DNA of 64,000 bases from Alphaproteobacteria bacterium (GTDB lineage: Bacteria; Pseudomonadota; Alphaproteobacteria; Micavibrionales; UBA2020), in assembly GCA_021413445.1 (NCBI GenBank), contig JAIOQI010000056.1, positions 5,730-69,729 of the forward strand. Direction: 5' to 3'. Below the pieces are notes generated by a model. That model was not told the DNA's origin. It ran no database searches and saw nothing but the letters and a program-made list of their open reading frames with translations. Shown here in pieces: positions 1 to 8,945 of this stretch. Each line of letters opens with the position of its first letter. The first letter of the stretch is position 1. A program made the position numbers and the translations under genes.

Positions 1-35
1 AAGCTGCTACGGCAGAGGACGCAGCCAAAAAGAAA

Positions 36-383
36 ATGAAGACCCAGCTGATCTATACGCTCCTGTTCAGCATATTCAACGCCCTGCTGCTGACTTGCCT
101 GCTGAAGAAGAGCTGTTACGGCGGCGGTTGCCCTGTCAAGTTTTCGATGACGGTCGGCCTTCTGGCCGGCGCTGTCAGCTATCTCCCCAACCTAGTCTGG
201 TTTGGGGCGCCCCTGAATTACACGCTGCTGGGCATGGCGGATAACCTGATCGCCTTTACGCTGGCGGGCGCTGTCATTTCCAAGTGCCTGTTCAAGGGTT
301 CCTGCGAGGCGGGCGCCGGCGTTTGCGAGACGACGGCTAAGGGCGCGGCCAAAGGCGCAGACAAGAAATCCAGCTGCCATTAA
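36..383 (+). CDS. hypothetical Cys-rich small membrane protein
   Basis: 115-aa ORF with hydrophobic segments and Cys clusters (SCYGGGC, SCEAGAGVC, SSCH). Followed by a hairpin terminator. No family recognised. Confidence 0.45.
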   Translation: MKTQLIYTLLFSIFNALLLTCLLKKSCYGGGCPVKFSMTVGLLAGAVSYLPNLVWFGAPLNYTLLGMADNLIAFTLAGAVISKCLFKGSCEAGAGVCETTAKGAAKGADKKSSCH

Positions 384-403
384 CTGGAGACTGAATAGAG
401 AAA

Positions 404-430
404 GGGGGCCTGACCGGGCCCCCTTTTTTT
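404..430 (+). terminator. rho-independent terminator hairpin
   Basis: gggggcc (404-410) / ggccccc (417-423) stem followed by a T7 run (424-430). Lies between convergent ORFs. Confidence 0.6.
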
Positions 431-788
431 ATGGCCCGATCATGCGCCCCAGCCGGGCGCCGCCCACCAGGTGCAGGTGGAGGTGCGGCACTTCCTGCCC
501 GCCGTTCAGGCCGCAATTGACAATGACCCGGTAGCCGCCCTGATCGAGCTTGTGGTCGCGCGCGATCTGGCCGAGGGCGCGGAACAGCGCCGCGATTTCC
601 TCGATGCTGGCCCGTTGGCTGAAATCATCCATGTCGGTATAAGCGCCCTTCGGCAGCACCAGGATATGCACCGGCGCTTTCGGCGCGATGTCATGAAACG
701 CCAGCACGTGATTGTCTTCATAGGCTTTTTTGCAGGGGATCTCGTTGCGCAGGATTTTGGCGAAAATATTGTTGCTGTCGTAGGCCAT
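429..788 (-). CDS. HIT-family (histidine triad) nucleotide hydrolase
   Basis: 119 aa. C-terminal histidine triad HLHLHLVGG. Size is typical of HinT-like proteins. Confidence 0.9.
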   Translation of the reverse strand: MAYDSNNIFAKILRNEIPCKKAYEDNHVLAFHDIAPKAPVHILVLPKGAYTDMDDFSQRASIEEIAALFRALGQIARDHKLDQGGYRVIVNCGLNGGQEVPHLHLHLVGGARLGRMIGP

Positions 789-1028
789 GTCTGTCTCCTT
801 TTCATGCTCCGTATATTAACAGTTTATTCATTTTTTACTGCTAGGCTACAAAATGCACCTGTTATGCAATTTTTGTTTTCGGGCGCGCATTTTTTTGCAT
901 GCGCCCGAACCTCAGGCGCTGTCTTGGTTTGCCCTTGCGTCAAGCCGAAATCGGACGCGGCATGAAAATATTTTTTGAGAGGTTTGGTGGAACGTAACCC
1001 AACATGTGGTATGTTGAGACATGGGGAA

Positions 1029-1044
1029 TAACTATCTCTAGTGT
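1029..1044. promoter_or_regulatory. possible NrdR-box-like palindrome upstream of nrdA
   Basis: taaCtAtcTcTaGtgt matches about 12/16 positions of the remembered NrdR box acaCwAtATaTwGtgt. A convincing second box was not found. Confidence 0.25.
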
Positions 1045-1130
1045 GTACCTATGACCTTAAGAAAGCACACGAAGGGCATATAAAGAAACGAGAAACGGTC
1101 TAAAGAGCTATTTTTGGGGAGGCAGAATCC

Positions 1131-2933
1131 ATGTTTGATGTCGCGCAGCTTGCCAAGGGAGCCAAGGTCAACATCGACCGCACCCGCGATTCAAATTTGA
1201 CAGAATTTGGCAAGGATACCCTGAAGGACCGTTACCTGCTGCCGGAAGAATCGTTCCAGGATTTGTTTGCGCGCGTGGCGATGTTTTACTCCGATGATTC
1301 TGCCCATGCGCAGCGCCTCTATGATTACATCTCGAAGCTGTGGTTCATGCCCGCGACCCCCGTTCTCAGCAACGGCGGCACCGACCGCGGCCTGCCGATC
1401 TCCTGCTTCCTCAACGAGTGCGACGACAGCCTGAACGGCATCGTCGATTTGTGGAACGAGAACGTCTGGCTGGCCTCGCGCGGCGGCGGCATCGGCAGCT
1501 ATTGGGGCAACCTGCGCTCGATCGGCGAAAAAGTCGGCCGCAACGGCAAGACCTCGGGCATCATCCCCTTCATTCACGTGCAGGATTCCCTGACGCTGGC
1601 GATCAGCCAGGGCAGCCTGCGCCGCGGCTCCGCCGCCGTCTATCTGCCGATCTCCCATCCGGAAATCGAGGAATTCATCGAGTTGCGCCGTCCCACCGGC
1701 GGCGACCCGAACCGCAAGGCGCAGAACCTGCATCACGGCATATTGGTCACCGACGCTTTCATGCGCGCCGTCGAGAAGGACGAGGAATGGGGGCTGACCA
1801 GCCCGAAAGACGGCAGCGTGATCGAGCGCATCTCCGCCCGCAGCCTGTGGATCCGCATCCTGACCGCCCGCATCGAGACCGGCGAGCCCTATCTGGTTTA
1901 TATCGACCACGTCAACCGCGCGATACCGGAGCATCACAAGCTGGCGGGTCTGAACGTCAAGATGTCGAACCTGTGCAGCGAAATCACATTGCCCACCGGC
2001 AAGGACCACCACGGCCAGGAACGGACGGCGGTGTGCTGCCTGTCCTCCCTCAACCTGGAAAAATTCGAGGAGTGGGAAGACCATCCCACCATCATCGAGG
2101 ACACCATGCGCTTCCTCGACAACGTGCTGGAGGATTTCATCCGCCGCGCCCCCGACAGCATGATGCGCGCCAAATACGCCGCCATGCGCGAGCGCTCGGT
2201 CGGCCTCGGCGTGATGGGCTTCCATTCGTTCCTGCAATCGAAGATGATCCCCTTCGAAGGCGTGATGGCGAAGGTCTGGAACAAGCGCATGTTCAAGCAC
2301 ATCAAGCAGCAGGCGGACAGCGCCTCGGTCAAGCTGGCGCATGAGCGCGGGCCCTGCCCGGACGCCAAGGAATACGGCATCATGGAGCGCTTCTCCAACA
2401 AGATCGCGATCGCGCCCACCGCGTCGATCTCCATCATCACCGGCGGCACCTCGCCGGGGATCGAGCCCAATACCGCCAACGCCTACACGCACAAGACGCT
2501 CTCCGGCTCCCACGCGGTGCGCAACCCGTACCTCGAAAAACTGTTGCAGCTAAAAGGGCAGAACAACGAGGACGTCTGGACCAGCATCACCATCAACGAA
2601 GGTTCCGTCCAGCAGCTTGATTTCCTCACGCAGGAAGAGAAGGACGTATTCAAGACCGCCTTCGAGCTCGACCAGCGCTGGCTGATCGAGCATGCGTCGG
2701 ACCGCACGCCCTATGTCTGCCAGGCGCAGTCGCTCAATGTCTTCGTGCCCGCCGACATCCACAAGAAAGATTTGCACCAGATCCACTGGATGGCCTGGAA
2801 GCGCGGCGTGAAATCGCTCTACTATTGCCGCTCCAAATCCATCCAGCGCGCCGAAAGCTCCACCGGCAACGGCAAGCTGAAGCAAACGAAAGCGTCGGAC
2901 GGCAAGTATGATGAATGTTTGTCGTGCCAGTAA
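1131..2933 (+). CDS. nrdA: class I ribonucleotide reductase alpha subunit (short, no long N-terminal ATP-cone region)
   Basis: 600 aa. Motifs NLCSEITL and CCLSSLNL, plus a C-terminal redox pair CLSCQ. nrdB lies downstream. Confidence 0.95.
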   Translation: MFDVAQLAKGAKVNIDRTRDSNLTEFGKDTLKDRYLLPEESFQDLFARVAMFYSDDSAHAQRLYDYISKLWFMPATPVLSNGGTDRGLPISCFLNECDDSLNGIVDLWNENVWLASRGGGIGSYWGNLRSIGEKVGRNGKTSGIIPFIHVQDSLTLAISQGSLRRGSAAVYLPISHPEIEEFIELRRPTGGDPNRKAQNLHHGILVTDAFMRAVEKDEEWGLTSPKDGSVIERISARSLWIRILTARIETGEPYLVYIDHVNRAIPEHHKLAGLNVKMSNLCSEITLPTGKDHHGQERTAVCCLSSLNLEKFEEWEDHPTIIEDTMRFLDNVLEDFIRRAPDSMMRAKYAAMRERSVGLGVMGFHSFLQSKMIPFEGVMAKVWNKRMFKHIKQQADSASVKLAHERGPCPDAKEYGIMERFSNKIAIAPTASISIITGGTSPGIEPNTANAYTHKTLSGSHAVRNPYLEKLLQLKGQNNEDVWTSITINEGSVQQLDFLTQEEKDVFKTAFELDQRWLIEHASDRTPYVCQAQSLNVFVPADIHKKDLHQIHWMAWKRGVKSLYYCRSKSIQRAESSTGNGKLKQTKASDGKYDECLSCQ

Positions 2934-2942
2934 AAGAGGTTT

Positions 2943-3103
2943 CCCCACAGATGAACACAAATAGACACGAATTTTCCCCTATTTGTCATCCCGAGGCTCT
3001 TTGCCGAGGGATCTTCTCCGGTACCGCAATAACAAGATTCCTCGCATACGCTCGGAATGACAGTTAAAGAAGAAGTTCGTGTTTATTCGTGTTCATTCGT
3101 GGG
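2943..3103. repeat. nested palindromic (MITE/REP-like) element, GTCAT..GAG family
   Basis: Outer 28-bp inverted repeat cccacagatgaacacaaatagacacgaa (2943-2970) vs ttcgtgtttattcgtgttcattcgtggg (3076-3103), about 24/28 complementary. Inner arms are tgtcatcccgagg...gagggatc and gattcctcg...ctcggaatgaca. Confidence 0.7.
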
Positions 3104-3151
3104 CACCTAAACTGGCCGGTCTTTGCAGGGGTGAAGAGGGAGTAGGATAGA

Positions 3152-3547
3152 ATGAGTAATGTTAATAAAATTATAAAAAAGAGCGCTATTAATCTATTAG
3201 CGCTGATTTCGACATTACTAATAGCTTTGATTCTATCTTTCTTCTTCCTAGAAGAACCACTGGCGGGAAATCCCTTAATCTTAAAAATCGAAATTGTTAT
3301 GGGACATTTTATAACGGGCTGGTTTCCTATGATGATATTGGGAAAGTTTTTTCCAAAAGCTGACCCTCTGTTTATTTTTTGTGTATTCGTTATAATGTGT
3401 CTATCGTCTTTATCTCTGAAAGGATTAATGACACACCCCGAAAATGTGGTGTATTTAAAACCCTTTATATGGATTTTCGGCGCTTATATAGGCTATAAGT
3501 TTCCTAAGCCACTTAAGTTTACAATAAATAAAAAAACGAAAGAGTAA
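3152..3547 (+). CDS. hypothetical AT-rich multi-pass membrane protein inserted between nrdA and nrdB
   Basis: 131-aa ORF with a gggag RBS and 3-4 hydrophobic helices. Composition is clearly AT-richer than the flanking RNR genes. Confidence 0.5.
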   Translation: MSNVNKIIKKSAINLLALISTLLIALILSFFFLEEPLAGNPLILKIEIVMGHFITGWFPMMILGKFFPKADPLFIFCVFVIMCLSSLSLKGLMTHPENVVYLKPFIWIFGAYIGYKFPKPLKFTINKKTKE

Positions 3548-3567
3548 GATCAGAAGGAGCCCTAACC

Positions 3568-4551
3568 ATGTCGCGTCTGCTCGCTGAAAATCATATCTAC
3601 AAGCCGTTCCATTATCCCTGGGCCTATGAGGCGTGGCTGACGCAGCAGCGCATTCACTGGCTGCCGGAAGAAGTGCCGATGGCGGAAGACATCCGCGACT
3701 GGAAGAAAAAACTCACGCCTTCCGAGAAAAACCTGCTGACGCAGATCTTCCGCTTTTTCACCCAGGCCGACGTCGAGGTCAACAACTGCTATATGAGCCA
3801 CTATTCGCGCGTCTTCAAGCCGACCGAGGTGAAGATGATGCTGGCGGCGTTCTCGAACATGGAGACCATCCATATCGCCGCCTACAGCCACCTGCTCGAC
3901 ACCCTGGGGATGCCGGAAACCGAATATTCCGCCTTCATGCAATACAAGGAGATGAAGGACAAATACGACTACATGCAGGGCTTCAACATGGATTCGAAGC
4001 GCGACATCGCGCTGACCATGGCCGTCTTCGGCGCCTTCACCGAGGGCCTGCAGCTGTTCGCCTCTTTCGCCATGCTGATGAACTTCACCCGCTTCAACAA
4101 GATGAAGGGCATGGGGCAGATCATCACTTGGTCGGTGCGCGACGAGACGCTGCACACCCTGTCGATCATCAAGCTGTTCCGTTCCTTCATCGAGGAAAAT
4201 CCTGAGCTGTGGACGGAAGAGCTGCAGCAGGATCTCACCAAGGCCTGCAAGACGATTGTCGAGCACGAGGACGCCTTCATCGACCTCGCCTTCGGCTTGG
4301 GCGGCGTCGAGGGGCTGACCGCGCAGGAGGTCAAGGACTACATCCGCTACATCGGCGACCGCCGCCTGACGCAGCTCGGCCTGCAGCCCATTTTCGGCGT
4401 CGTTAAAAACCCGCTGCCGTGGATGGACGCGATTCTCAACGGCGCGGAACACACCAATTTCTTCGAAAACCGCGCCACCGAGTATTCCAAGGCCTCCACC
4501 CAGGGTTCATGGGAAGAAGCCTTTGAAGCTGATGTATTTAGGGCGGCCTGA
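3568..4551 (+). CDS. nrdB: class I ribonucleotide reductase beta subunit
   Basis: 327 aa. Di-iron ligand motifs (METIHIAAYSHLL, VRDETLH) and a typical ferritin-like R2 pattern. Confidence 0.95.
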   Translation: MSRLLAENHIYKPFHYPWAYEAWLTQQRIHWLPEEVPMAEDIRDWKKKLTPSEKNLLTQIFRFFTQADVEVNNCYMSHYSRVFKPTEVKMMLAAFSNMETIHIAAYSHLLDTLGMPETEYSAFMQYKEMKDKYDYMQGFNMDSKRDIALTMAVFGAFTEGLQLFASFAMLMNFTRFNKMKGMGQIITWSVRDETLHTLSIIKLFRSFIEENPELWTEELQQDLTKACKTIVEHEDAFIDLAFGLGGVEGLTAQEVKDYIRYIGDRRLTQLGLQPIFGVVKNPLPWMDAILNGAEHTNFFENRATEYSKASTQGSWEEAFEADVFRAA

Positions 4552-4650
4552 CCACAAAAAGCCATATGTAAACCAAAAATTAACCTTATTGGGGTCTAAT
4601 GGCAATATGGGCTGAAACGGGCCCTGGGAGCCATTGAATAAGGAGTTGTC

Positions 4651-4824
4651 ATGACGAAATTAATGGAGAGTGCGGCCGTCGGCCAACGGACTGGCAAGGA
4701 TGCAGCGGAAATCCTGCAGTCGTATATCGCGACCGGGCCGGCCATGGTGTTCAACCATACGCAGGAGACCCCTCACGTGCGGGCGCCGTCGAGAGGCCCC
4801 GATGCGGGCGGTAACCGCCGCTAA
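4651..4824 (+). CDS. small hypothetical ORF (57 aa)
   Basis: Below the ORF-track cutoff. ATG is preceded by an aaggag RBS at good spacing. No family recognised. Confidence 0.3.
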   Translation: MTKLMESAAVGQRTGKDAAEILQSYIATGPAMVFNHTQETPHVRAPSRGPDAGGNRR

Positions 4825-4851
4825 TACACATTAAATTTTTTTGAGGGGATC

Positions 4852-5151
4852 ATGGCAGGAGCAGATTCAGTCGTCGTCGAGTACGAAGTGTTCAGGAACG
4901 ATAAGAACGCGCTGGCGTTCTTTTTTTCCCGCCTTCCCGTGCTCGACCAGAACCCTGCCGAAGGGCCGTTCTGGTTTACCGTTGAGGACAGCTGCATTCT
5001 CGCCGGCACCGTTGATTTTCATGCCACCTTCGAGGATGTGCAGCCGGACATCATCGATATTGCAAAACAGCGCGGCGTGCTCATGATGATCGAGTTTGAA
5101 AACCAGCAGCCGGTGCGCTGCACGCCGTGTTATTTCTCGGAAAACTTCTGA
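4852..5151 (+). CDS. hypothetical protein (99 aa)
   Basis: ORF with a gagggga RBS, 27 nt after the preceding small ORF. No family recognised. Confidence 0.4.
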   Translation: MAGADSVVVEYEVFRNDKNALAFFFSRLPVLDQNPAEGPFWFTVEDSCILAGTVDFHATFEDVQPDIIDIAKQRGVLMMIEFENQQPVRCTPCYFSENF

Positions 5152-5186
5152 GACGAAAAATCTTTACACTTTCTTAACGATTTCTA

Positions 5187-5215
5187 ATGACAAGCGAATC
5201 ACCTTGCGCTATATT
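5187..5215 (+). promoter_or_regulatory. sigma70-like promoter (ATGACA-N17-TATATT)
   Basis: -35 atgaca (5187-5192), 17-nt spacer, -10 tatatt (5210-5215). Confidence 0.4.
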
Positions 5216-5221
5216 GTCCTT

Positions 5222-5376
5222 AGGGTTTGGTTGTTTTGGGAGTGTCCATTGGATCTCATCAGGCTTCGCGTCTTCCCCCCGATTTCAGGTTCGCCTGGTT
5301 TAGCGCGCCATATCATCATCAGCCCTTCCACCCGCATCGTGAAAAGTTACATGACCTCCCCCTGGGAGGTTTTTTT
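5222..5376 (+). ncRNA. candidate ~155-nt sRNA or phoH leader
   Basis: Bounded by the promoter above and a perfect 7-bp hairpin acctccc/gggaggt plus a T-run (5354-5376). No credible ORF inside. Class not recognised. Confidence 0.35.
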
Positions 5377-5465
5377 ACGCCCGGAACACGCCGCGAGGTT
5401 TTCCATCCACTACAACCGTCCACGCCATCGTCCGTCGTCTTAACAGAAAAGGGAGAGATTGTTAC

Positions 5466-6218
5466 ATGGGGAAGAAATACAAGGTTTCCAGCAGCCGCAA
5501 TGACCGTGCCTCGAATGTGCAGACCGTGCATCCGTTGTTCGGCTCCACTAACGGCTGGGATCCGATGGAAGCGCTTGATGGCCGCCGCGACCAAAGCTAC
5601 GTGAAGAACGTCCGGCCCCGCACCGAAGGCCAGAAGAGGCTGATGGAGGCGATTGACACGCACAACCTCGTCCTGGCTATCGGCCCCGCCGGCACCGGCA
5701 AAACCTATCTCGCTATTTCCGCCGCCGTCGCCGCCTTCGAAAAAGGCAAGGTGGACCGCATCATCCTGGCGCGGCCCGCCGTCGAGGCCGGGGAGAGAAT
5801 AGGCTTCCTGCCCGGGGATTTGCAGGACAAAATGGCGCCCTACCTGCGCCCGCTCTATGATGCGCTGAACGACCGCATCGGCATCAAGCGCCTCAAGAAC
5901 CTGCTTGATACCGGCGAAATTGAAATCGCGCCGATCGGCTACATGCGGGGACGCACGCTGAACAATGCCTTCGTGGTGATCGACGAGGCGCAGAACTGCA
6001 CCTATAGCCAGATCAAGATGATCGTCAGCCGCTTAGGGTGGAACGCCACGATGGTCATCACCGGCGACCCCGACCAGAGCGATTTGCTGGACGGCATTTC
6101 CGGCCTCGGCGACATGGCGAAAAAGCTGGACACGGTCGAAGGCATCGCCGTCGAATACCTGCGCGACACCGACATCGTCCGCCACCCGCTGGTGGCCAAG
6201 ATGCTGAGCGTGATTTAG
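5466..6218 (+). CDS. phoH: PhoH-like ATPase
   Basis: 250 aa. Walker A GPAGTGKTYLA and Walker B VVIDEAQN. Confidence 0.9.
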   Translation: MGKKYKVSSSRNDRASNVQTVHPLFGSTNGWDPMEALDGRRDQSYVKNVRPRTEGQKRLMEAIDTHNLVLAIGPAGTGKTYLAISAAVAAFEKGKVDRIILARPAVEAGERIGFLPGDLQDKMAPYLRPLYDALNDRIGIKRLKNLLDTGEIEIAPIGYMRGRTLNNAFVVIDEAQNCTYSQIKMIVSRLGWNATMVITGDPDQSDLLDGISGLGDMAKKLDTVEGIAVEYLRDTDIVRHPLVAKMLSVI

Positions 6219-6246
6219 GGCTCAAACTTACTGATTCATTGCAAAA

Positions 6247-6281
6247 AGCCGCCCCGGACACAAAGCCGGGGCGGCTTTTTT
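6247..6281 (+). terminator. rho-independent terminator after phoH
   Basis: agccgccccgg / ccggggcggct stem followed by a T-run. Confidence 0.7.
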
Positions 6282-6377
6282 AATGCTGTTGAACGGCGGG
6301 GCCAGTTGTGCCAGAGTCCGGCTCTATTTCTTCCCGGATTCTTTTGTGAATTTCCAGGGTAATCAAGGGTTTAGGCG

Positions 6378-8945
6378 ATGCGTTGGACGCGGTTTTATAC
6401 ACAGGCGGGGCGTGACATCTTCAACGGTGTGCGGTTTCGCAGCGTGTCGAGCGAACAGCAGCTGGAATATATCGTGCCCCAGCGCTGGAACCAGGCCGCC
6501 GTCGATGTCCTGCTGGAGAAGGTTTTTTACCCGGAAGCCCTGCCATCCCTGACGAAAAAGGTGGCAGAGGCGGGGGTTCCCGCCTGGCTCTGGCGGAGCG
6601 AGGTCGATGACACGGGGCTCGACAGCATTTCGGCGGAATGGCGCTACCGCCACGAGCAGGACATCCGCGAGGTCTTGCACCGCATGGCCGGGGCGCTCAC
6701 CTACCGGGCGTGGAAAAACGGCCTGTTTCCCGCTGAGGCCGACGCCGAAGTTTTCTATGACGAGCTGCGCTATATTTTTCTCCACCAAATCGCCGCGCCG
6801 GAGCTGGAACAGTGGGGATTGCTGGGGCTGGACTGGGCTTACGGCCTGACGGATGCCGCCGCTTTCATTCCCCGCCATCGCATTGTTCCCTTTGAAACCG
6901 ACAAGCCCCATGCCCTGAAGCGCATGAAAATCCTGGGCGATACGCTGGCGCTGGAGAACACCACCCTCTCTGCGTCGCCGAAAACCGGCGTGACCCTGCC
7001 GATTGAAAATATCGACAGCCCCGCCTTCATCGCCTGGAAAAGGGACTGCGACCTCCGGCAGGTCGCGGAAAGCCTCGGCCAGCGCATGCTGCAAACAGCA
7101 GCTTACCATGTGATGGATGCCTGCGACCGCGACAGCTTTTTCGGCTTCGACCCGGCGCACAACCCGAGGCTTTCCCGGGCCATGGACGAGGCGCGGCAGT
7201 CGGGGCTGTCCGAGGCGGCGATCCGCATGGCCATCAGTTACGCGGAGCAGGGCTATGAGGAAATTTCTTTCCCCGTTCCCGAAGAAGACCAGGCTGCTGG
7301 CCAATGCCTCAAGACCGTCCTGTCCGTGCCCGATGACTTTGTCGAGGCGGCGCTGACGGGGCACAGCATTTTGCTGTATGAAGCGGGCGAGCCCCAGCGC
7401 CATTATCCGGCGCAGAAGTTATGGGACGGGCTGGCGGAAGCCGTCTGGTCGTCGGGCGAGCCGGCGGTTTCCTTCCGCAGCAGCATCGAGTCCGCCAATG
7501 TTACCGGGCAGCCTTTATTCTGCGATACCACCGGCGGGTTTGTTTTCGTGGCCGGCAGTGAAGCGCCTTCCGCGACGGTCAATCTGCTCGCTTTCGCCCG
7601 TTTTGAGGGAGAGAGCGTCATCGACACGGACGCCCTACAGCATGTCGCGCGTATCCTAACTGTGGCGCTGGATGCCGTCTCCGGCGGCGGGGAATACCGC
7701 CCGCTCATGCTCGGCCTGACGAATATCGCAGCCGTGCTGATGGGCAGGGGGATCGCCTATGACAGCGATGCCGGACGCACGGCGGCGGCGCTGGCGGCGG
7801 CGCTGCTATCGGGCTGCGCTTATCAAACCTCGGCGGAAATAGCGGCGGAGAAGGGGGCCTTCCCGGCTTATGCCCCCCGCGCCAAAATATTCTTGCAGAA
7901 CATCAAGGACAAGCTGGCGGCGCTGGCCGGTACGGCTTTTTTGCAAAAGGGGATGACGCGCCGACCGGCGCAGATCCGGACGACGCTCTGTCCTGATAGC
8001 GCGCTGGTCGATGCGGTGAAACAGGCATGGGAGAGCGCCTATCGCACCGGCAAGGAGACCGGCTTCCGCCACGCGCACCTGACGGGGATCGACACGGACC
8101 CGGCGGTGCAGGCGCTCCTGAACGGGCAGACGCAGGACATCATGCCTTCATCCGCGCTGGTGCGCTTTGAGGGGTATTTTTCCGATACGCTCGAAGGGGC
8201 GCAGCTCTACGGCAAGAAACTGAACCCAATGGCGCCCCGCGCGCTTTCCCGTCTCGGCTATACGGTCGCCGAGCGCGAAGACATCCATTTTTACGCGGTC
8301 GGGCACGGCACGCTGCTGGATGCGCCCCATATCAACCACAGGAGCCTGCGTGAAAAAGGCTTTCATCAGGCGGCGCTGGATGCGGTGGAATCCGCTCTCG
8401 CCGCGGCGCTGCATATCCGTTACGCCTTCAACAAGTGGACGCTGGGCGAGGAGTTCTGCCGCCGGGTCCTCGGTTTTTCGGCGGAAGAGCTGGACAGCGG
8501 CACCTTCGACATGCTCGCGGCCTTAGGCTTTTCGGAAGACCATATCGAGGCGGCGAATATTTACTGCTGCGGCACGATGACGTTTGAGGGCGCGCCGCAC
8601 CTGAAGCCGGAGCATCTCGCCGTTTTCGACTGCGTGGCCCCTGCCGCCGCCTTCGGCGTGCGCCGCGTTTCCGCGCAAGCGCAGGTCAAGATGCAGGCGG
8701 TGCTGGAAACCTTCCTCTCCGGCGCCGTTGCCCATACTGTCCTGCTCAGCCATCCCGCCACGATTGAAGATGTGCAAAAACTGCTGCTGACGGGCTGGGA
8801 ACTCGGCGTGAAGTGCTTAAGGCTCTACCGCGATAGCTGTTCCCTGCTGCATCCGCTGGTGCTGCCGGCAATCAAAACTGAAACAGTGAAAGTGAAAGAA
8901 GAAGAGGAGTCCCTGCCATGTCCCAAGCAATCCATAACCGCCTGA
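6378..8945 (+). CDS. class II (B12-type) ribonucleotide reductase-like protein, divergent and truncated, active-site motifs not conserved
   Basis: 855 aa. Colinear with remembered NrdJ blocks: FYDELRYIFLHQIAAPE, AVGHGTLLDAPHINHRSLREKGF, EAANIYCCGTMTFEGAPHLKPEHLAVFDC, RLYRDS. The NPCSE, ACNL and SKTIN positions are substituted, and the usual C-terminal ~300+ aa are absent. Confidence 0.75.
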   Translation: MRWTRFYTQAGRDIFNGVRFRSVSSEQQLEYIVPQRWNQAAVDVLLEKVFYPEALPSLTKKVAEAGVPAWLWRSEVDDTGLDSISAEWRYRHEQDIREVLHRMAGALTYRAWKNGLFPAEADAEVFYDELRYIFLHQIAAPELEQWGLLGLDWAYGLTDAAAFIPRHRIVPFETDKPHALKRMKILGDTLALENTTLSASPKTGVTLPIENIDSPAFIAWKRDCDLRQVAESLGQRMLQTAAYHVMDACDRDSFFGFDPAHNPRLSRAMDEARQSGLSEAAIRMAISYAEQGYEEISFPVPEEDQAAGQCLKTVLSVPDDFVEAALTGHSILLYEAGEPQRHYPAQKLWDGLAEAVWSSGEPAVSFRSSIESANVTGQPLFCDTTGGFVFVAGSEAPSATVNLLAFARFEGESVIDTDALQHVARILTVALDAVSGGGEYRPLMLGLTNIAAVLMGRGIAYDSDAGRTAAALAAALLSGCAYQTSAEIAAEKGAFPAYAPRAKIFLQNIKDKLAALAGTAFLQKGMTRRPAQIRTTLCPDSALVDAVKQAWESAYRTGKETGFRHAHLTGIDTDPAVQALLNGQTQDIMPSSALVRFEGYFSDTLEGAQLYGKKLNPMAPRALSRLGYTVAEREDIHFYAVGHGTLLDAPHINHRSLREKGFHQAALDAVESALAAALHIRYAFNKWTLGEEFCRRVLGFSAEELDSGTFDMLAALGFSEDHIEAANIYCCGTMTFEGAPHLKPEHLAVFDCVAPAAAFGVRRVSAQAQVKMQAVLETFLSGAVAHTVLLSHPATIEDVQKLLLTGWELGVKCLRLYRDSCSLLHPLVLPAIKTETVKVKEEEESLPCPKQSITA

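Noticed and set aside
820-1130. A cobalamin riboswitch or a second NrdR box upstream of nrdA.
   Set aside because: No B12-box-like core was seen. The upstream palindrome aacatgtggtatgtt (1001-1015) matches the NrdR consensus poorly, so only one weak NrdR-like box is reported.
1191-2513. 440-aa ORF antisense to nrdA. Similar long antisense or out-of-frame ORFs include 3562-4452, 6363-7403, 11736-12662, 15692-16498, 20937-21959, 22005-23066, 26780-28447, 41354-42676, 43804-45561, 47327-48436, 48237-49262, 50864-51838, 51339-52739, 55472-56440, 59540-60343 and 62073-62903.
   Set aside because: They overlap strongly supported genes on the opposite strand or frame. Their composition is Arg/Gly/Ala/Pro-rich and low-complexity, as expected of shadow ORFs in GC-rich DNA, and they have no recognisable motifs.
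5222-5376. Identifying the sRNA candidate as 6S RNA, tmRNA, SRP RNA or RNase P RNA.
   Set aside because: The 5' and 3' ends do not pair into a 6S closing stem. No tag-peptide reading frame or tRNA-like end is present, and no SRP domain IV or RNase P conserved motifs were seen. It is left unclassified.
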